From the IMG/VR virus record IMGVR_UViG_3300031555_007106: DNA of 64,000 nt. The stretch is one strand, 5' to 3'. Source of the DNA: a virus (lineage: Duplodnaviria > Heunggongvirae > Uroviricota > Caudoviricetes). Below, piece by piece: positions 17,097 through 26,633 of the stretch. Below the pieces are notes generated by a model. That model was not told the DNA's origin. It did not search any database and saw only the letters and a list, made by a program, of their open reading frames with translations. Position numbers and translations under genes: made by a program. The first letter of the stretch is position 1; the number at the start of each line of letters is the position of its first letter.

Positions 17097-17438
17097 TTAT
17101 TCTGCGTACTTAAACCAAACTAAGTAACAATCATCATCTGCAATGAATTCTGCACTTGTATCAGCATTGTATCTCATTTCGCCATCTAAAAGAACTTCGT
17201 CGTCCTCTATAAGCTCATCATAATATTCCATATTATCGTTTCTGCTAATAATATATATAATTTCAAGCTTAGTAAGTTCTTCTTCAGCGTGGTCGTATTT
17301 GTATGCTACATCGCCAATATCACATCTGCGTTCATTCAGATAATAGTCAACTGCATCTTCGGTATTTTCATTGTACTCAGATAAAGTCCACCATTCTTCA
17401 AGAGTGGAGAGCAACATTCTTTCTTCGTTTGTCAACAT
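17097..17438 (-). CDS. strongly acidic small protein (113 aa)
   Basis: ORF track. About 27% D+E. Stop codon lies inside the cassette-1 TAATAG motif. Confidence 0.65.
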   Translation of the reverse strand: MLTNEERMLLSTLEEWWTLSEYNENTEDAVDYYLNERRCDIGDVAYKYDHAEEELTKLEIIYIISRNDNMEYYDELIEDDEVLLDGEMRYNADTSAEFIADDDCYLVWFKYAE

Positions 17439-17454
17439 TCCCTTTAGCTCCTTT

Positions 17455-17655
17455 TTATAATTTTATGAGTTCATCCCCTATACGAATAGTATCAAGGTTT
17501 GTAAAATTATCAACCGAAATTTCAATACTCTCTATATTGAGAAGATTCATAGCCTTTTTAGCTTTCTCTTCCGTTGTGCATCTTGCAAAAATTACACCTT
17601 CTAAGTCATCAGTTCCGACTATATTATATAATTTGTCCATATTATTTCCTTTCAT
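17455..17655 (-). CDS. hypothetical protein (66 aa)
   Basis: ORF in co-directional array. Confidence 0.5.
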   Translation of the reverse strand: MKGNNMDKLYNIVGTDDLEGVIFARCTTEEKAKKAMNLLNIESIEISVDNFTNLDTIRIGDELIKL

Positions 17656-17672
17656 TATTCGTTATCATCAAT

Positions 17673-18008
17673 TTATTCTTCGCCATATATTCCAACAGCT
17701 TCAACCTTGTCAAAAATTATTCGAATTAAGATTGAACCACAGCTTATGCCACAAATATCGCAATATTCCTTCCAGACATGAGTTTTAAAGTCATCTGCAA
17801 ACAAGAAGACATAATTCATTTCGGCCATTCTTACATCTCTTCTTGTTTCTTGTTCATTTGTTGCGTCTTCGGGTTTAAAATATATAATGATATTTTCTGC
17901 GCAGCAATTTACACCGCAGTGTTCGCAATACCTTTCCCAGATATCCCAATCAAACTCTTTCAAATCATCCGCACGCAAAACAATGCGGTTCATTTCATTT
18001 TTGTTCAT
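17673..18008 (-). CDS. hypothetical protein (111 aa) with internal tandem duplication of a CxxCGxxC module
   Basis: YCEHCGVNCCAENIIIYFKPEDA and YCDICGISCGSILIRIIFDKVEA halves. Confidence 0.6.
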   Translation of the reverse strand: MNKNEMNRIVLRADDLKEFDWDIWERYCEHCGVNCCAENIIIYFKPEDATNEQETRRDVRMAEMNYVFLFADDFKTHVWKEYCDICGISCGSILIRIIFDKVEAVGIYGEE

Positions 18009-18024
18009 AACTTAATCCTTTCGT

Positions 18025-18624
18025 TTAATTCTTTGTATCATGCTTGCAACGAAGAGTAGGGATTTCATATTTAGTTCCATGTTCTTCATTATATAGTTTA
18101 ACTTTTTCGGCAGCTCTGTCAGAAAGCATATCTGCAATCTTAACAGCAAGTTTATAGTCCGTATATACTTTTTTGGTAAATATACAATCTATATCCTCAT
18201 TAAGCTGCACCTGACTCGACAATACATCCCCTGCTTCTGTTTCTAAGAAGTTGCTTTCCACGATATTGTAGACATCAAGTTGTGTTGTTACAATATTAGA
18301 ATGTAAATAATTAGCAGGACCGGTTTTCTTAAAAATGGAGTATTTTTTACTTGTTTTTATCGTGCCATCAGCGTATGTAGGAAGCTTCCAGTTCTCATAC
18401 GAAACCGCCTGTTCCTCTATGCTATAAACCTTATACTTTGAAACCTTGTATCCATAGACGGTAAAATTGATTATTTCTTTATCACACATCGGACAATCAA
18501 AGGTCATCTCGTTTACAGTAAGTTTCCGGGTTCCCTCACATACCCGGCATGGGCCACGAAAATTAAAATAGTTATTTCTTTCTATACGATAAAAAATATC
18601 ACCAATCTGTGGTGTTACAGACAT
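18025..18624 (-). CDS. hypothetical Zn-finger protein (199 aa; CRVCEG...CPMC)
   Basis: ORF track. Confidence 0.65.
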   Translation of the reverse strand: MSVTPQIGDIFYRIERNNYFNFRGPCRVCEGTRKLTVNEMTFDCPMCDKEIINFTVYGYKVSKYKVYSIEEQAVSYENWKLPTYADGTIKTSKKYSIFKKTGPANYLHSNIVTTQLDVYNIVESNFLETEAGDVLSSQVQLNEDIDCIFTKKVYTDYKLAVKIADMLSDRAAEKVKLYNEEHGTKYEIPTLRCKHDTKN

Positions 18625-18639
18625 AATATACTTCCTTTC

Positions 18640-18864
18640 TTAATCTATACATTCAAAAGCATCTTCATCAGCTTTAGTAGGACGCATAATTCCTATACGA
18701 AGAGATATATCTCCACCCTGATTAATAACAGTATTTGCACCGCCATTATTCTCAAGATGTCTGAAAACTCTTTCCTTTATGGATTCTTCCGTTTCGTCAG
18801 GTCCAATATCCATAATTGCGTCCACATAAAACATTTGCTTTATTCTTACAAATCTTTTAGGCAT
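18640..18864 (-). CDS. hypothetical protein (74 aa)
   Basis: ORF in array. Confidence 0.5.
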   Translation of the reverse strand: MPKRFVRIKQMFYVDAIMDIGPDETEESIKERVFRHLENNGGANTVINQGGDISLRIGIMRPTKADEDAFECID

Positions 18865-18882
18865 ATTACTTTTCCTTTCTTA

Positions 18883-19494
18883 TCAATTTGTGTTTTGCAC
18901 AGCACAATTTATGCTTTTTGTGATTTCTCCGTGGGTAAAATAGCTTACTGAATTATCAGCTACAGAAATAATCTCATCTTCTGCATCCAAATAGTGTTCT
19001 ATGTGATTAACAAGCAAATCATCGTTTGAAAGTTCCATAATCACCCGTTCAAGGAAAAGAGATAAGTAAAAGTTATCACCCTTACCAAACACTTCTTTGT
19101 GAGCGATAAGACAATCCTTTGCTTTTTCATCATCAATTTCACCATAATTTTCATAGTTATGATAACTCTCAAAAGCAAAAGACAAAGCAACGTTGTAATC
19201 GGGAGACCAGCAAGCAAGTCTACCAACAGGCATTTTCTTGCCACTATATCTGCCGCTGTAAATACTACCGATATAATAATATTGCTTTCCAAAAGTTTCA
19301 GCAAACACTTTCATATATTTCTGCAAATACGATTGTTTATCTTTTTCTGTAGAATATCGTAGCCAAACACAAAGAAAATTTTCCATTCTTGTTACAAAGG
19401 GGGAATTATTATCGTATTCCCCCTTCACAATCATCTGAAAGTATTCTTCGACATCAGCTTTAAATGCATCGATTTTATCAACTGATTCGAACAT
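18883..19494 (-). CDS. hypothetical protein (203 aa)
   Basis: ORF track. Confidence 0.65.
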   Translation of the reverse strand: MFESVDKIDAFKADVEEYFQMIVKGEYDNNSPFVTRMENFLCVWLRYSTEKDKQSYLQKYMKVFAETFGKQYYYIGSIYSGRYSGKKMPVGRLACWSPDYNVALSFAFESYHNYENYGEIDDEKAKDCLIAHKEVFGKGDNFYLSLFLERVIMELSNDDLLVNHIEHYLDAEDEIISVADNSVSYFTHGEITKSINCAVQNTN

Positions 19495-19724
19495 TACTTT
19501 TCCTTTCTCTTTTTCATTATGTTATAGGCACCGATTACTACGTGATACATGGTAATACAGCTTTCGGAAAGCGTATACGCTTCAACAATAAATGTAGCCT
19601 TATCATTATCACTGAGACTGTTAAAATAATCAACAGCTTCTCTGATAGGGCCACTTGTGCTTTTACTGGTGGTAATTTCTCTCACATACCACAAAATTTC
19701 CTCTTTAAACTGTTCAATCAACAT
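19494..19724 (-). CDS. hypothetical protein (76 aa)
   Basis: ORF in array. Confidence 0.55.
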   Translation of the reverse strand: MLIEQFKEEILWYVREITTSKSTSGPIREAVDYFNSLSDNDKATFIVEAYTLSESCITMYHVVIGAYNIMKKRKEK

Positions 19725-19739
19725 ATTTTTCTCCTTTTC

Positions 19740-20576
19740 TTATTTTTCTGGCAAGTAAAACTTATCCCACATATATTCGATAGCTGCTTTTGAACCTTTT
19801 TCTCTACGCTTCTCCGCAACTTCATGTGCGTCTCCGGATTCAAGGTGCTGACACATCCAGCATTCCCAGCTTCTTCCAACACAGCCGTCAGTATCACGGT
19901 ACGTTTGCATCAGCCAGCGAAGTCGAATACCTCCACAGAACAAACAACGAGAAAATTCTGTATAGAATATGTTTTCAACTGCAATATCAGCGTCCTCAAC
20001 TCCGCTGTTAAGCATTTCTTCCTTGTAAGGTAATAACTTATCAGCTTCAAAAGAGAAAGAAGCACCTTCGGCATCACCTTCGTAACGAAAAGAAACCTTT
20101 TTAAGAATACCTTTGTCATCGAGATACTCGTACATATTATGTACGGCTTTAACTCTTTTGTTGAATTCCTGATTCTTTTCATTTTCAGAATCCATACCCC
20201 AAGAAGGAACCTTTCCTTTCACATACTCATCATTGATAATTCTTACCCTGCTCATACACTCTTCGAATTCTTCTATAAGTGCGTCGAGTTCAATCAAAAA
20301 TTCTTTATGACTTTCTTTATCTGTGGTCGCTGTTAATGTTTCATCATAGCATATTCGTTCAACCGATTCAAGATAATGATAAATTTCCGCTGCGTCCTTT
20401 TCATTTAACATAAGAGAGTTTGTTATAAACTCAATTACAGCTTTATCGCCTTCGTTTTTTGCAACCTGAAGGAATTTAGGAGATTTCTCGTTAATAGTTT
20501 CATTTGCATACTCTTTATTAAAGGATAAAATTCTTTCAATTCGCTCGGCTAAACTTCTCATCTTTTCGTTTTTCAT
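19740..20576 (-). CDS. hypothetical protein (278 aa); N-terminal domain paralogous to 15060..15695; Cys-rich C-terminus
   Basis: ORF track. C-terminus CLFCGG...CVGRSWECWMC. Confidence 0.7.
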   Translation of the reverse strand: MKNEKMRSLAERIERILSFNKEYANETINEKSPKFLQVAKNEGDKAVIEFITNSLMLNEKDAAEIYHYLESVERICYDETLTATTDKESHKEFLIELDALIEEFEECMSRVRIINDEYVKGKVPSWGMDSENEKNQEFNKRVKAVHNMYEYLDDKGILKKVSFRYEGDAEGASFSFEADKLLPYKEEMLNSGVEDADIAVENIFYTEFSRCLFCGGIRLRWLMQTYRDTDGCVGRSWECWMCQHLESGDAHEVAEKRREKGSKAAIEYMWDKFYLPEK

Positions 20577-20604
20577 CAGTATTCTCCTTCATATTTTTTC
20601 GTTT

Positions 20605-20910
20605 TTAAGCCTTAAGTTCTTCTTTGAGGTAACGCTTAAAGCGGCTTCTGTACTTCTTCTGGATATACATTACGCGGTATTCATATTCAACATAATTATG
20701 TTCTTCCGAAAAACACACAACAACATATTCTCCGTCGTTGTCATTTATATTATTTATTTCAGAGAACTTGTAACCATCGCTGATGCTAATTCCACAAGAT
20801 AATAATCTCTGTTTCGTTTCTTTAAAAGTGCTGGTATTAGTAAAATACTTACCTGTGTAGCACTCTGCGAAGGTAGAAGCACTTATAATCTTATCGCATA
20901 TGATATTCAT
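20605..20910 (-). CDS. hypothetical protein (101 aa)
   Basis: ORF in array. Confidence 0.55.
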   Translation of the reverse strand: MNIICDKIISASTFAECYTGKYFTNTSTFKETKQRLLSCGISISDGYKFSEINNINDNDGEYVVVCFSEEHNYVEYEYRVMYIQKKYRSRFKRYLKEELKA

Positions 20911-20911
20911 T

Positions 20912-21148
20912 TTAATCCTCCTCTGTCAACTTTCTGAACTCATCTACTTCAGGACACATTCCAAGAAAGCGCCCATTGTCAAATTCGACGTGAATAGTTC
21001 CAATATCGTCAACAAACTTAACAGTTCCTTTTGTGTTAGGTGGCACAGGATTAACATCATCTCCCATGGAAACGAGAATTACTCTCGTTCCGGGTGGGTA
21101 AGTATCCTTGTAATACTGTGCCTTTTCTCTACTCATAAACTGGCTCAT
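20912..21148 (-). CDS. DUF4314-like small protein (78 aa)
   Basis: Pattern YPPGTRVILVSMGDD..PVPPNTKGTV.FVDDIGTIHVEFDNG matches my memory of the DUF4314 signature (GTRV.L..M.D...P.GT.GTV..VDDIG...V.WDNG). Confidence 0.6.
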   Translation of the reverse strand: MSQFMSREKAQYYKDTYPPGTRVILVSMGDDVNPVPPNTKGTVKFVDDIGTIHVEFDNGRFLGMCPEVDEFRKLTEED

Positions 21149-21150
21149 TT

Positions 21151-21939
21151 TTACACCTCCGGTCTGTACTCTTCAATTTCTTCGTCAGTAAACCCATACT
21201 GATGCAACACCGTTAAAATTGAGTCGTCGCTTCTGCTCATTGTCGTATTTCCATAGTAGTTATGCGCCCATCTAAGCAATTCACTTATAGCTCCGCGAAG
21301 AAGAAAATCCTTACGAGCACTTTCCGCTTCAAGTCTGGTTATACGAGCTCGCTGTACGCTCACTTCATCCAATCCTTCAATTTGTTTATGAACAGAGTTT
21401 AATACATCGCTGATAACAGCATCACATTCTTCTCCTGCCTTTCTGTTTTCATCACACCAAAAACGCGAAAGAAATGAATAGATGCTGCCATAATCCCATC
21501 TCGCAAACTCTTCAAGACAGTCAAGAGCAAAACTGAAGCCATCACACTGAATGAGGTCTTCATCAATGTAAAGAATTCCAAAAACTCCACCTCCGGCTTC
21601 ATCATCCACCTTAATATATAAACCTCTTTCCGTATATCCGTCTGTACCGAAAATTTCATCACGACACAGAACATCTACAAGGAAGAACGAGCTATACAAC
21701 TTTTCCTTCGGATAATTCCAGCCTATACTTCTGATTTCCTTTGAAAATCTCTGGCAGAATGTTTTGATATCCATATCCCATCCGGCGTCATCATCAACTC
21801 TGTTTGCAGTGATATGTAACTTGCATTCCGGGAAATGCTCAAGTGTTTGCATGACATCCTCAAGCACTCCAAACAACAGTTCATTATCAATACGCTCATT
21901 GTTGCTGAGTTTTTCCCTTAATTCATTAACATTTTTCAT
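21151..21939 (-). CDS. hypothetical protein (262 aa)
   Basis: ORF 21151..22044. Start moved to MKNVNELREKL (Met36) after AAAGGAAAGGAAAA RBS, which removes the overlap with the upstream gene. Confidence 0.6.
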   Translation of the reverse strand: MKNVNELREKLSNNERIDNELLFGVLEDVMQTLEHFPECKLHITANRVDDDAGWDMDIKTFCQRFSKEIRSIGWNYPKEKLYSSFFLVDVLCRDEIFGTDGYTERGLYIKVDDEAGGGVFGILYIDEDLIQCDGFSFALDCLEEFARWDYGSIYSFLSRFWCDENRKAGEECDAVISDVLNSVHKQIEGLDEVSVQRARITRLEAESARKDFLLRGAISELLRWAHNYYGNTTMSRSDDSILTVLHQYGFTDEEIEEYRPEV

Positions 21940-21958
21940 TTTATTTTCCTTTCCTTTC

Positions 21959-22507
21959 TTAATGCACAAGTTTGCAGAAATAGTATTCTCTGATAGCACA
22001 CTTAATAGATTCATTCGAAAGTCTTTCCTCTTCGGGCCAGCCACCTACATTTCTAATGATTGTAGCAATTCTTCTATATCTTACATATGGAAGAATGGTT
22101 AACTCTTCTATATAAGACTTGTTCAGCTTTTCGTTCTCGTCTTCACACATATCGTTTTCAACCTGTGCAATCCGTTCACATAACCAGTCTGGTGCCTGTT
22201 CTTCGCCTTCATAAGCGGTAAATCGCTTAATCATAGGAGCGTCTGTGACAGAATCCCTGAGCTTCATAAGAATATCGAGCATTGTGTCAATACCTGACAC
22301 CAGTCTGCTCATATTAAGCTGAATCATTTTCTTGTTCTCGTAACCAACAAGAGCACAAATCTCATTGTAAACGTGTTTCCCAAAATCAAGGTCACAATTA
22401 GCCTTCTCGAAAGCTACCTCTTCGAGATTTGCGAGATACAATTCGTTTGAATCGTCCCTGCTTGCCATAATTCCGCCGATTTCATTAGATGCAAATTCCT
22501 TTGACAT
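21959..22507 (-). CDS. hypothetical protein (182 aa)
   Basis: ORF track. Confidence 0.65.
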   Translation of the reverse strand: MSKEFASNEIGGIMASRDDSNELYLANLEEVAFEKANCDLDFGKHVYNEICALVGYENKKMIQLNMSRLVSGIDTMLDILMKLRDSVTDAPMIKRFTAYEGEEQAPDWLCERIAQVENDMCEDENEKLNKSYIEELTILPYVRYRRIATIIRNVGGWPEEERLSNESIKCAIREYYFCKLVH

Positions 22508-22522
22508 AATAATTTTCCTTTC

Positions 22523-22768
22523 TTAATGTAAATATTTTCTGTAATAGTCCATAGCGTCCTCGACTGTTTCAAACAGGTCATCTACATCGTCAGGTTCATC
22601 AGGTATGAACCCCGTTCTGCGGTCAATGATGCAATAGCCGAAGAAATATGTGCTATTAGGTTTTTCTTTCTTAAACTCTTCGAAATTATCGTAAATGTCG
22701 CCGTAGTTACCATTTTCTAATTCTTCTGCAACAACTACAGTAATTTCATACTTGTCATTAATCTTCAT
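22523..22768 (-). CDS. hypothetical protein (81 aa); tandem paralog of the N-terminal half of 22800..23300
   Basis: MKINDKYEITVVVAEELENGNYGDIYDNFEEFKKEKPNSTYFFGYCIID vs MKVDERYEITPVVVECLPDGNAGSIYVDFHKFKLDKPNSEYFFAFCVVD. Confidence 0.6.
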   Translation of the reverse strand: MKINDKYEITVVVAEELENGNYGDIYDNFEEFKKEKPNSTYFFGYCIIDRRTGFIPDEPDDVDDLFETVEDAMDYYRKYLH

Positions 22769-22799
22769 AGTTTTAATTCCCTTTCTTAAATAATTTCAA

Positions 22800-23300
22800 T
22801 TAACCCATTGGTCCATAACTTTGATTTTCAATTCTTGCCAACTTTAAACGCATCTCATACGCTTCTTGGTCTCTTTCGTTCATCCTTTTCCGAAGACTAT
22901 CTCTATCTTCTATCAAAGCATAGATATGCTGAACAGCTCTTCTTAAACCATCAACATTAGCAGGTAAAAGACCTATCGGAGACTGAACGTATTTTAAAGA
23001 TTCATCATTTTTCGCCGTCGATGAAAAAGGAAATTCATCGTTCACCTCAATATCGCTGAAACCCATCAATACGTGAAGACGATAATCATTCATAGCATCG
23101 TCAAGCGTTTCATTCCATTTGTTACAGTTGTCAGGGATATATCCTGTTTCTGTATCGACAACGCAAAAAGCGAAGAAATATTCACTATTTGGCTTATCAA
23201 GCTTGAATTTATGAAAATCCACATAAATACTCCCCGCATTTCCATCGGGAAGACATTCGACAACAACAGGTGTAATTTCATATCTTTCATCAACTTTCAT
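22800..23300 (-). CDS. hypothetical protein (166 aa); first gene after cassette 2
   Basis: ORF track. AAAGGAAA RBS from cassette. Confidence 0.65.
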   Translation of the reverse strand: MKVDERYEITPVVVECLPDGNAGSIYVDFHKFKLDKPNSEYFFAFCVVDTETGYIPDNCNKWNETLDDAMNDYRLHVLMGFSDIEVNDEFPFSSTAKNDESLKYVQSPIGLLPANVDGLRRAVQHIYALIEDRDSLRKRMNERDQEAYEMRLKLARIENQSYGPMG

Positions 23301-23441
23301 AATATTTTCCTTTCATTAATAAAAATAATAGCAATCTATAACTCCAGTCGTCATAAAATAATTGCTACTAATAGTATGATAAAGTTTGCGTAAAACAAAA
23401 AAGCCCGCCGAAGCGAGCCTTTTTTTCTTTGTTATTGCTTA
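23301..23441 (-). repeat. terminator-promoter-RBS cassette copy 2 (UUCG-loop terminator variant; 3-nt shorter spacer)
   Basis: aaaaataatagcaatctataactccagtcgtcataaaataattgctactaatagtatgataaagtttgcgtaaaacaaaaaagcccgccgaagcgagcc... Confidence 0.85.
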
Positions 23442-23918
23442 TTAACCAAACGATTCAACCCGAACATAATTAGGGACGACATCAACATCTAACTCTGCAA
23501 AGTATTTTTTGAAAATTTCGCAAAGTTTTTCTTCAGTTAAGTTCTTTTCAGTTTCGTTCATATACCATGGATGTGTTTCAGGATGCATAATAGCCCAATC
23601 ATATTCCGAACGAACTTCATCAATAAAGACTCCTGTTTCTTTTCTCATGATGTAAGCAATTACGGAATAAAACGAACCGCAACCTGATATATCATATTCA
23701 TCTTCAGCTTCAACATATCCGTCTAACCAATCAGAAAATTCTTCGTTTTCTTCATTCAGATTTTCGATATCAAATCCTTCAGATTCGGCCTTTTCCAGCA
23801 TTTTCTTATAATCTTCCGGTAAATGTTTTTCATAGAAACGTAAAAAAGCCTTAAGTTCTACGCATATTACGTTTATATCAACGCCGTATCCATAGGTAAT
23901 ACTTGTCTGCATACTCAT
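23442..23918 (-). CDS. acidic hypothetical protein (158 aa)
   Basis: ORF track. Stop codon inside cassette-2 TAATAA motif. Confidence 0.65.
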   Translation of the reverse strand: MSMQTSITYGYGVDINVICVELKAFLRFYEKHLPEDYKKMLEKAESEGFDIENLNEENEEFSDWLDGYVEAEDEYDISGCGSFYSVIAYIMRKETGVFIDEVRSEYDWAIMHPETHPWYMNETEKNLTEEKLCEIFKKYFAELDVDVVPNYVRVESFG

Positions 23919-23939
23919 AATTAGATTTTCCTTTCTTTA

Positions 23940-24434
23940 TCATAAGTTAATCTTCTTTAAAACTTCTTCACGCGGAATATCAAGCATATAACTAATAGCA
24001 TTAATCGTATGCGTTCTGAGACTAAACTCTTTTGGCTCTTCTTTCTGTGTAATGATAGTAGAGTAAGCATTGAACTGAAAAGCCCCTTCATATTCAAGGG
24101 TTTCAATTACACATACCTCCCCATCAGCAAGAAGACTTTGAAGCTCTCTATATAAACGTTCCATAGAATGTTCAACGTCATCTTCTTCGTCTTCATCACA
24201 GTCTGGTTCAGGAACCAATTCGTTATCAGCATTAATTCTCACGCCTAAAAGGTCTCCGGCAGAAAATGATACAAAACCATTTTCTATACAGAATGAAACG
24301 TCGTCATTGCAATCCGCAAGACACGACATTAAAAAACGAAATCTTTCTTCGTCATTTACCTTAAAACGATTAGTTCTTATCACCGACACAAAATGTCCTC
24401 GTGAAAAATCCTCGTAATTCTTAAATTCCTGCAT
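23940..24434 (-). CDS. hypothetical protein (164 aa)
   Basis: ORF track. Confidence 0.65.
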   Translation of the reverse strand: MQEFKNYEDFSRGHFVSVIRTNRFKVNDEERFRFLMSCLADCNDDVSFCIENGFVSFSAGDLLGVRINADNELVPEPDCDEDEEDDVEHSMERLYRELQSLLADGEVCVIETLEYEGAFQFNAYSTIITQKEEPKEFSLRTHTINAISYMLDIPREEVLKKINL

Positions 24435-24452
24435 ATAATCATTTCCCTTTCT

Positions 24453-24656
24453 TTACTTTTCCGGATAAACCGGAAACATTTTGCAACTTATCCACTTTTC
24501 TGCAAGTTCTTCAACAGATAAACTCTTTATGAACTCTGCACACTTAAGTTTAGCTTCTTTTTCGGGAAGAACTTCATTCGAAACGACACTTATTCGCATT
24601 TCAAATTCCTTAGCCTCATCTATGTACGGAATAGGGTTGATATACTTAATTGCCAT
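24453..24656 (-). CDS. hypothetical protein (67 aa)
   Basis: ORF in array. Confidence 0.5.
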   Translation of the reverse strand: MAIKYINPIPYIDEAKEFEMRISVVSNEVLPEKEAKLKCAEFIKSLSVEELAEKWISCKMFPVYPEK

Positions 24657-24678
24657 ATCGTTATCCTTTCTTTATAAT

Positions 24679-25170
24679 TTATTCCTGTTCAAAGGAATAA
24701 AAATCTTCGTCACAAGTAAAGCACTGATATTTGTAATCGGTTATGTCTGATTCAAACAATGTAGAGCCACAACGCTCGCAAGTGCCACAGCCCTCAACTA
24801 CTTCATAGCCTGAATCAATCAAATTGGTTCTCTTTAGCCAGTCGTATGCTGTAGCTCTGTCTCTAAATACGACAACATTGCTATCCTCTGCTATGAAACA
24901 AGAAGGAATAATGCCGTATTCCTTGCAAAGCTTCTCAAACTCATCTTCTTCAAGGTAATCAGTTGCATTTCTTATAACACAACCTATCTTTCCTCGTTTT
25001 AATGCTCTGTCGCTCATTGCAGGGACCAAAGAAGTTGTGATAAATTCACCACATTTGTCTGCATCACAAACATCCTTAAAATCAGCATCAAATGCCTTTA
25101 TGTGTTCTGCAACACCGGAAAGAGTATTGATAACTCTTTCTAATTCATTTAAAATCTCAATCTTTTCCAT
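24679..25170 (-). CDS. hypothetical Cys-rich protein (163 aa; C-terminus CGTCERCG...CFTC)
   Basis: ORF 24679..25224. Start moved to MEKIEILNEL (Met19) with AGAAAGGAAAAAAAT RBS, which removes the overlap with the upstream gene. Confidence 0.6.
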   Translation of the reverse strand: MEKIEILNELERVINTLSGVAEHIKAFDADFKDVCDADKCGEFITTSLVPAMSDRALKRGKIGCVIRNATDYLEEDEFEKLCKEYGIIPSCFIAEDSNVVVFRDRATAYDWLKRTNLIDSGYEVVEGCGTCERCGSTLFESDITDYKYQCFTCDEDFYSFEQE

Positions 25171-25186
25171 ATTTTTTTCCTTTCTC

Positions 25187-25873
25187 TTACTTAATGGGAG
25201 TACATTTTGCACCGACGTTTTCACACATCTCAGCGAACTGACAGATATGATAAATATTCCCGTTAATCTCTACGTGACAGCTGGCAATGTAACGACAAAC
25301 CATTTCCTTTGGAGGGTCGCCGGGACGTTCATAGAGAATCTTTTCTCCGTCTGATATACGAAACAGCTCATCATACTGAGAAGTAATAAAACGGATGCCG
25401 CTTTCTGCATTACGCATGTGCTTTTCCAGAGAATTACGTTTATAACAGAAGAAGTACATATTGTAATCCCCGCCTTCGGGAACAAAACGCATAAGATATG
25501 TATAATCATCTGTTATTACCGCCATTCCGCACTCCTTACCAAAATTTCCATCAATACAATAGTCAGGGTTTTCCGCGATAAAGCAGCCGATTGCACTCAC
25601 TTTCTTGAACATCTCCGCGAACATTTCATTCTTTTTCAGAGATTCGATAACTTCGTCAAATTCATCTGCAAACTTGTCAAATTCAGTCGCAGCACCTGAA
25701 GAAGAATTATTAGAGCTTTCGTTAAGCCATGAATGCTGAAAAGCCTCGAAAGAAGAGTCGGACAAATATCCTCTGAGATAACCGATGTAACCCGTCTGAC
25801 CGCATATCTGACCGCTCTGACGGTAGCTGTACTTAACTTCTTCCTTTTCCATAGGTCTTACTGTCATATTCAT
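25187..25873 (-). CDS. hypothetical protein (228 aa)
   Basis: ORF track. Confidence 0.65.
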   Translation of the reverse strand: MNMTVRPMEKEEVKYSYRQSGQICGQTGYIGYLRGYLSDSSFEAFQHSWLNESSNNSSSGAATEFDKFADEFDEVIESLKKNEMFAEMFKKVSAIGCFIAENPDYCIDGNFGKECGMAVITDDYTYLMRFVPEGGDYNMYFFCYKRNSLEKHMRNAESGIRFITSQYDELFRISDGEKILYERPGDPPKEMVCRYIASCHVEINGNIYHICQFAEMCENVGAKCTPIK

Positions 25874-25922
25874 ACAATTGTTCCTTTCTTATCCCGGCGT
25901 GTCAACCTCCGGGAATTTAATT

Positions 25923-26342
25923 TTAATCAATCACTCTCGCCCAATTAGGGTTATTTTCATCGAAATCAACCATATCTGCTATTGTAGCCTCAATAGCATT
26001 CTCCATAAATGGAAATGTCTCTTCACCTGCGCAAGACTGATAATTGTGGTAAACTTCGTTACAAAATACCTTTTTGCCGTTTTCGGAAAGATTTTCGTAA
26101 AAAGCTTTGAATTTCTGATTTGCGCAAAGATAATCACTTATACACTCATCAAAATATGCCATTTCAAGCATATTGAATGTACTTGCAACTGACCCGGAAT
26201 AATTTTTTCTTACTCTCACGAGTCTTTCAATAAGAAGGTCAAGAGCATCCGCGTCATCTCTGGTTATTCCTTCGCTTTTCGTTATGGCTACAATAGCAAA
26301 CGCTAAATCATCCATTTTTCCTATTAAGTCTTTTGAAAACAT
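25923..26342 (-). CDS. hypothetical protein (139 aa)
   Basis: ORF track. Confidence 0.6.
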   Translation of the reverse strand: MFSKDLIGKMDDLAFAIVAITKSEGITRDDADALDLLIERLVRVRKNYSGSVASTFNMLEMAYFDECISDYLCANQKFKAFYENLSENGKKVFCNEVYHNYQSCAGEETFPFMENAIEATIADMVDFDENNPNWARVID

Positions 26343-26357
26343 ATCTCTTTTCCTTTC

Positions 26358-26633
26358 TCAAATCATTTCGTTGCCAAGATATTCATCAATGATATTTTCC
26401 CACTGGTCATTGTCAGCGACGTTACAATCGTGGTCATTTCTGAAAATCTTAGCAAAACTTTCGTATTCATCTTCTGTAATTGATGACAGAATTCGATATT
26501 CATCTGAATCATGTTCATAGCGGTCTAAATAATCCGCAACTTGTCTCTTAGCATCTTCAATCAGATATTCGAGCTCTTTTATGCGGTAAATCTGTTCCTT
26601 CTCTGTTTCTGTAAGCTTAGTAACATCAATCAT
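26358..26633 (-). CDS. very acidic small protein (91 aa)
   Basis: ORF track. D/E-rich. Confidence 0.55.
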   Translation of the reverse strand: MIDVTKLTETEKEQIYRIKELEYLIEDAKRQVADYLDRYEHDSDEYRILSSITEDEYESFAKIFRNDHDCNVADNDQWENIIDEYLGNEMI

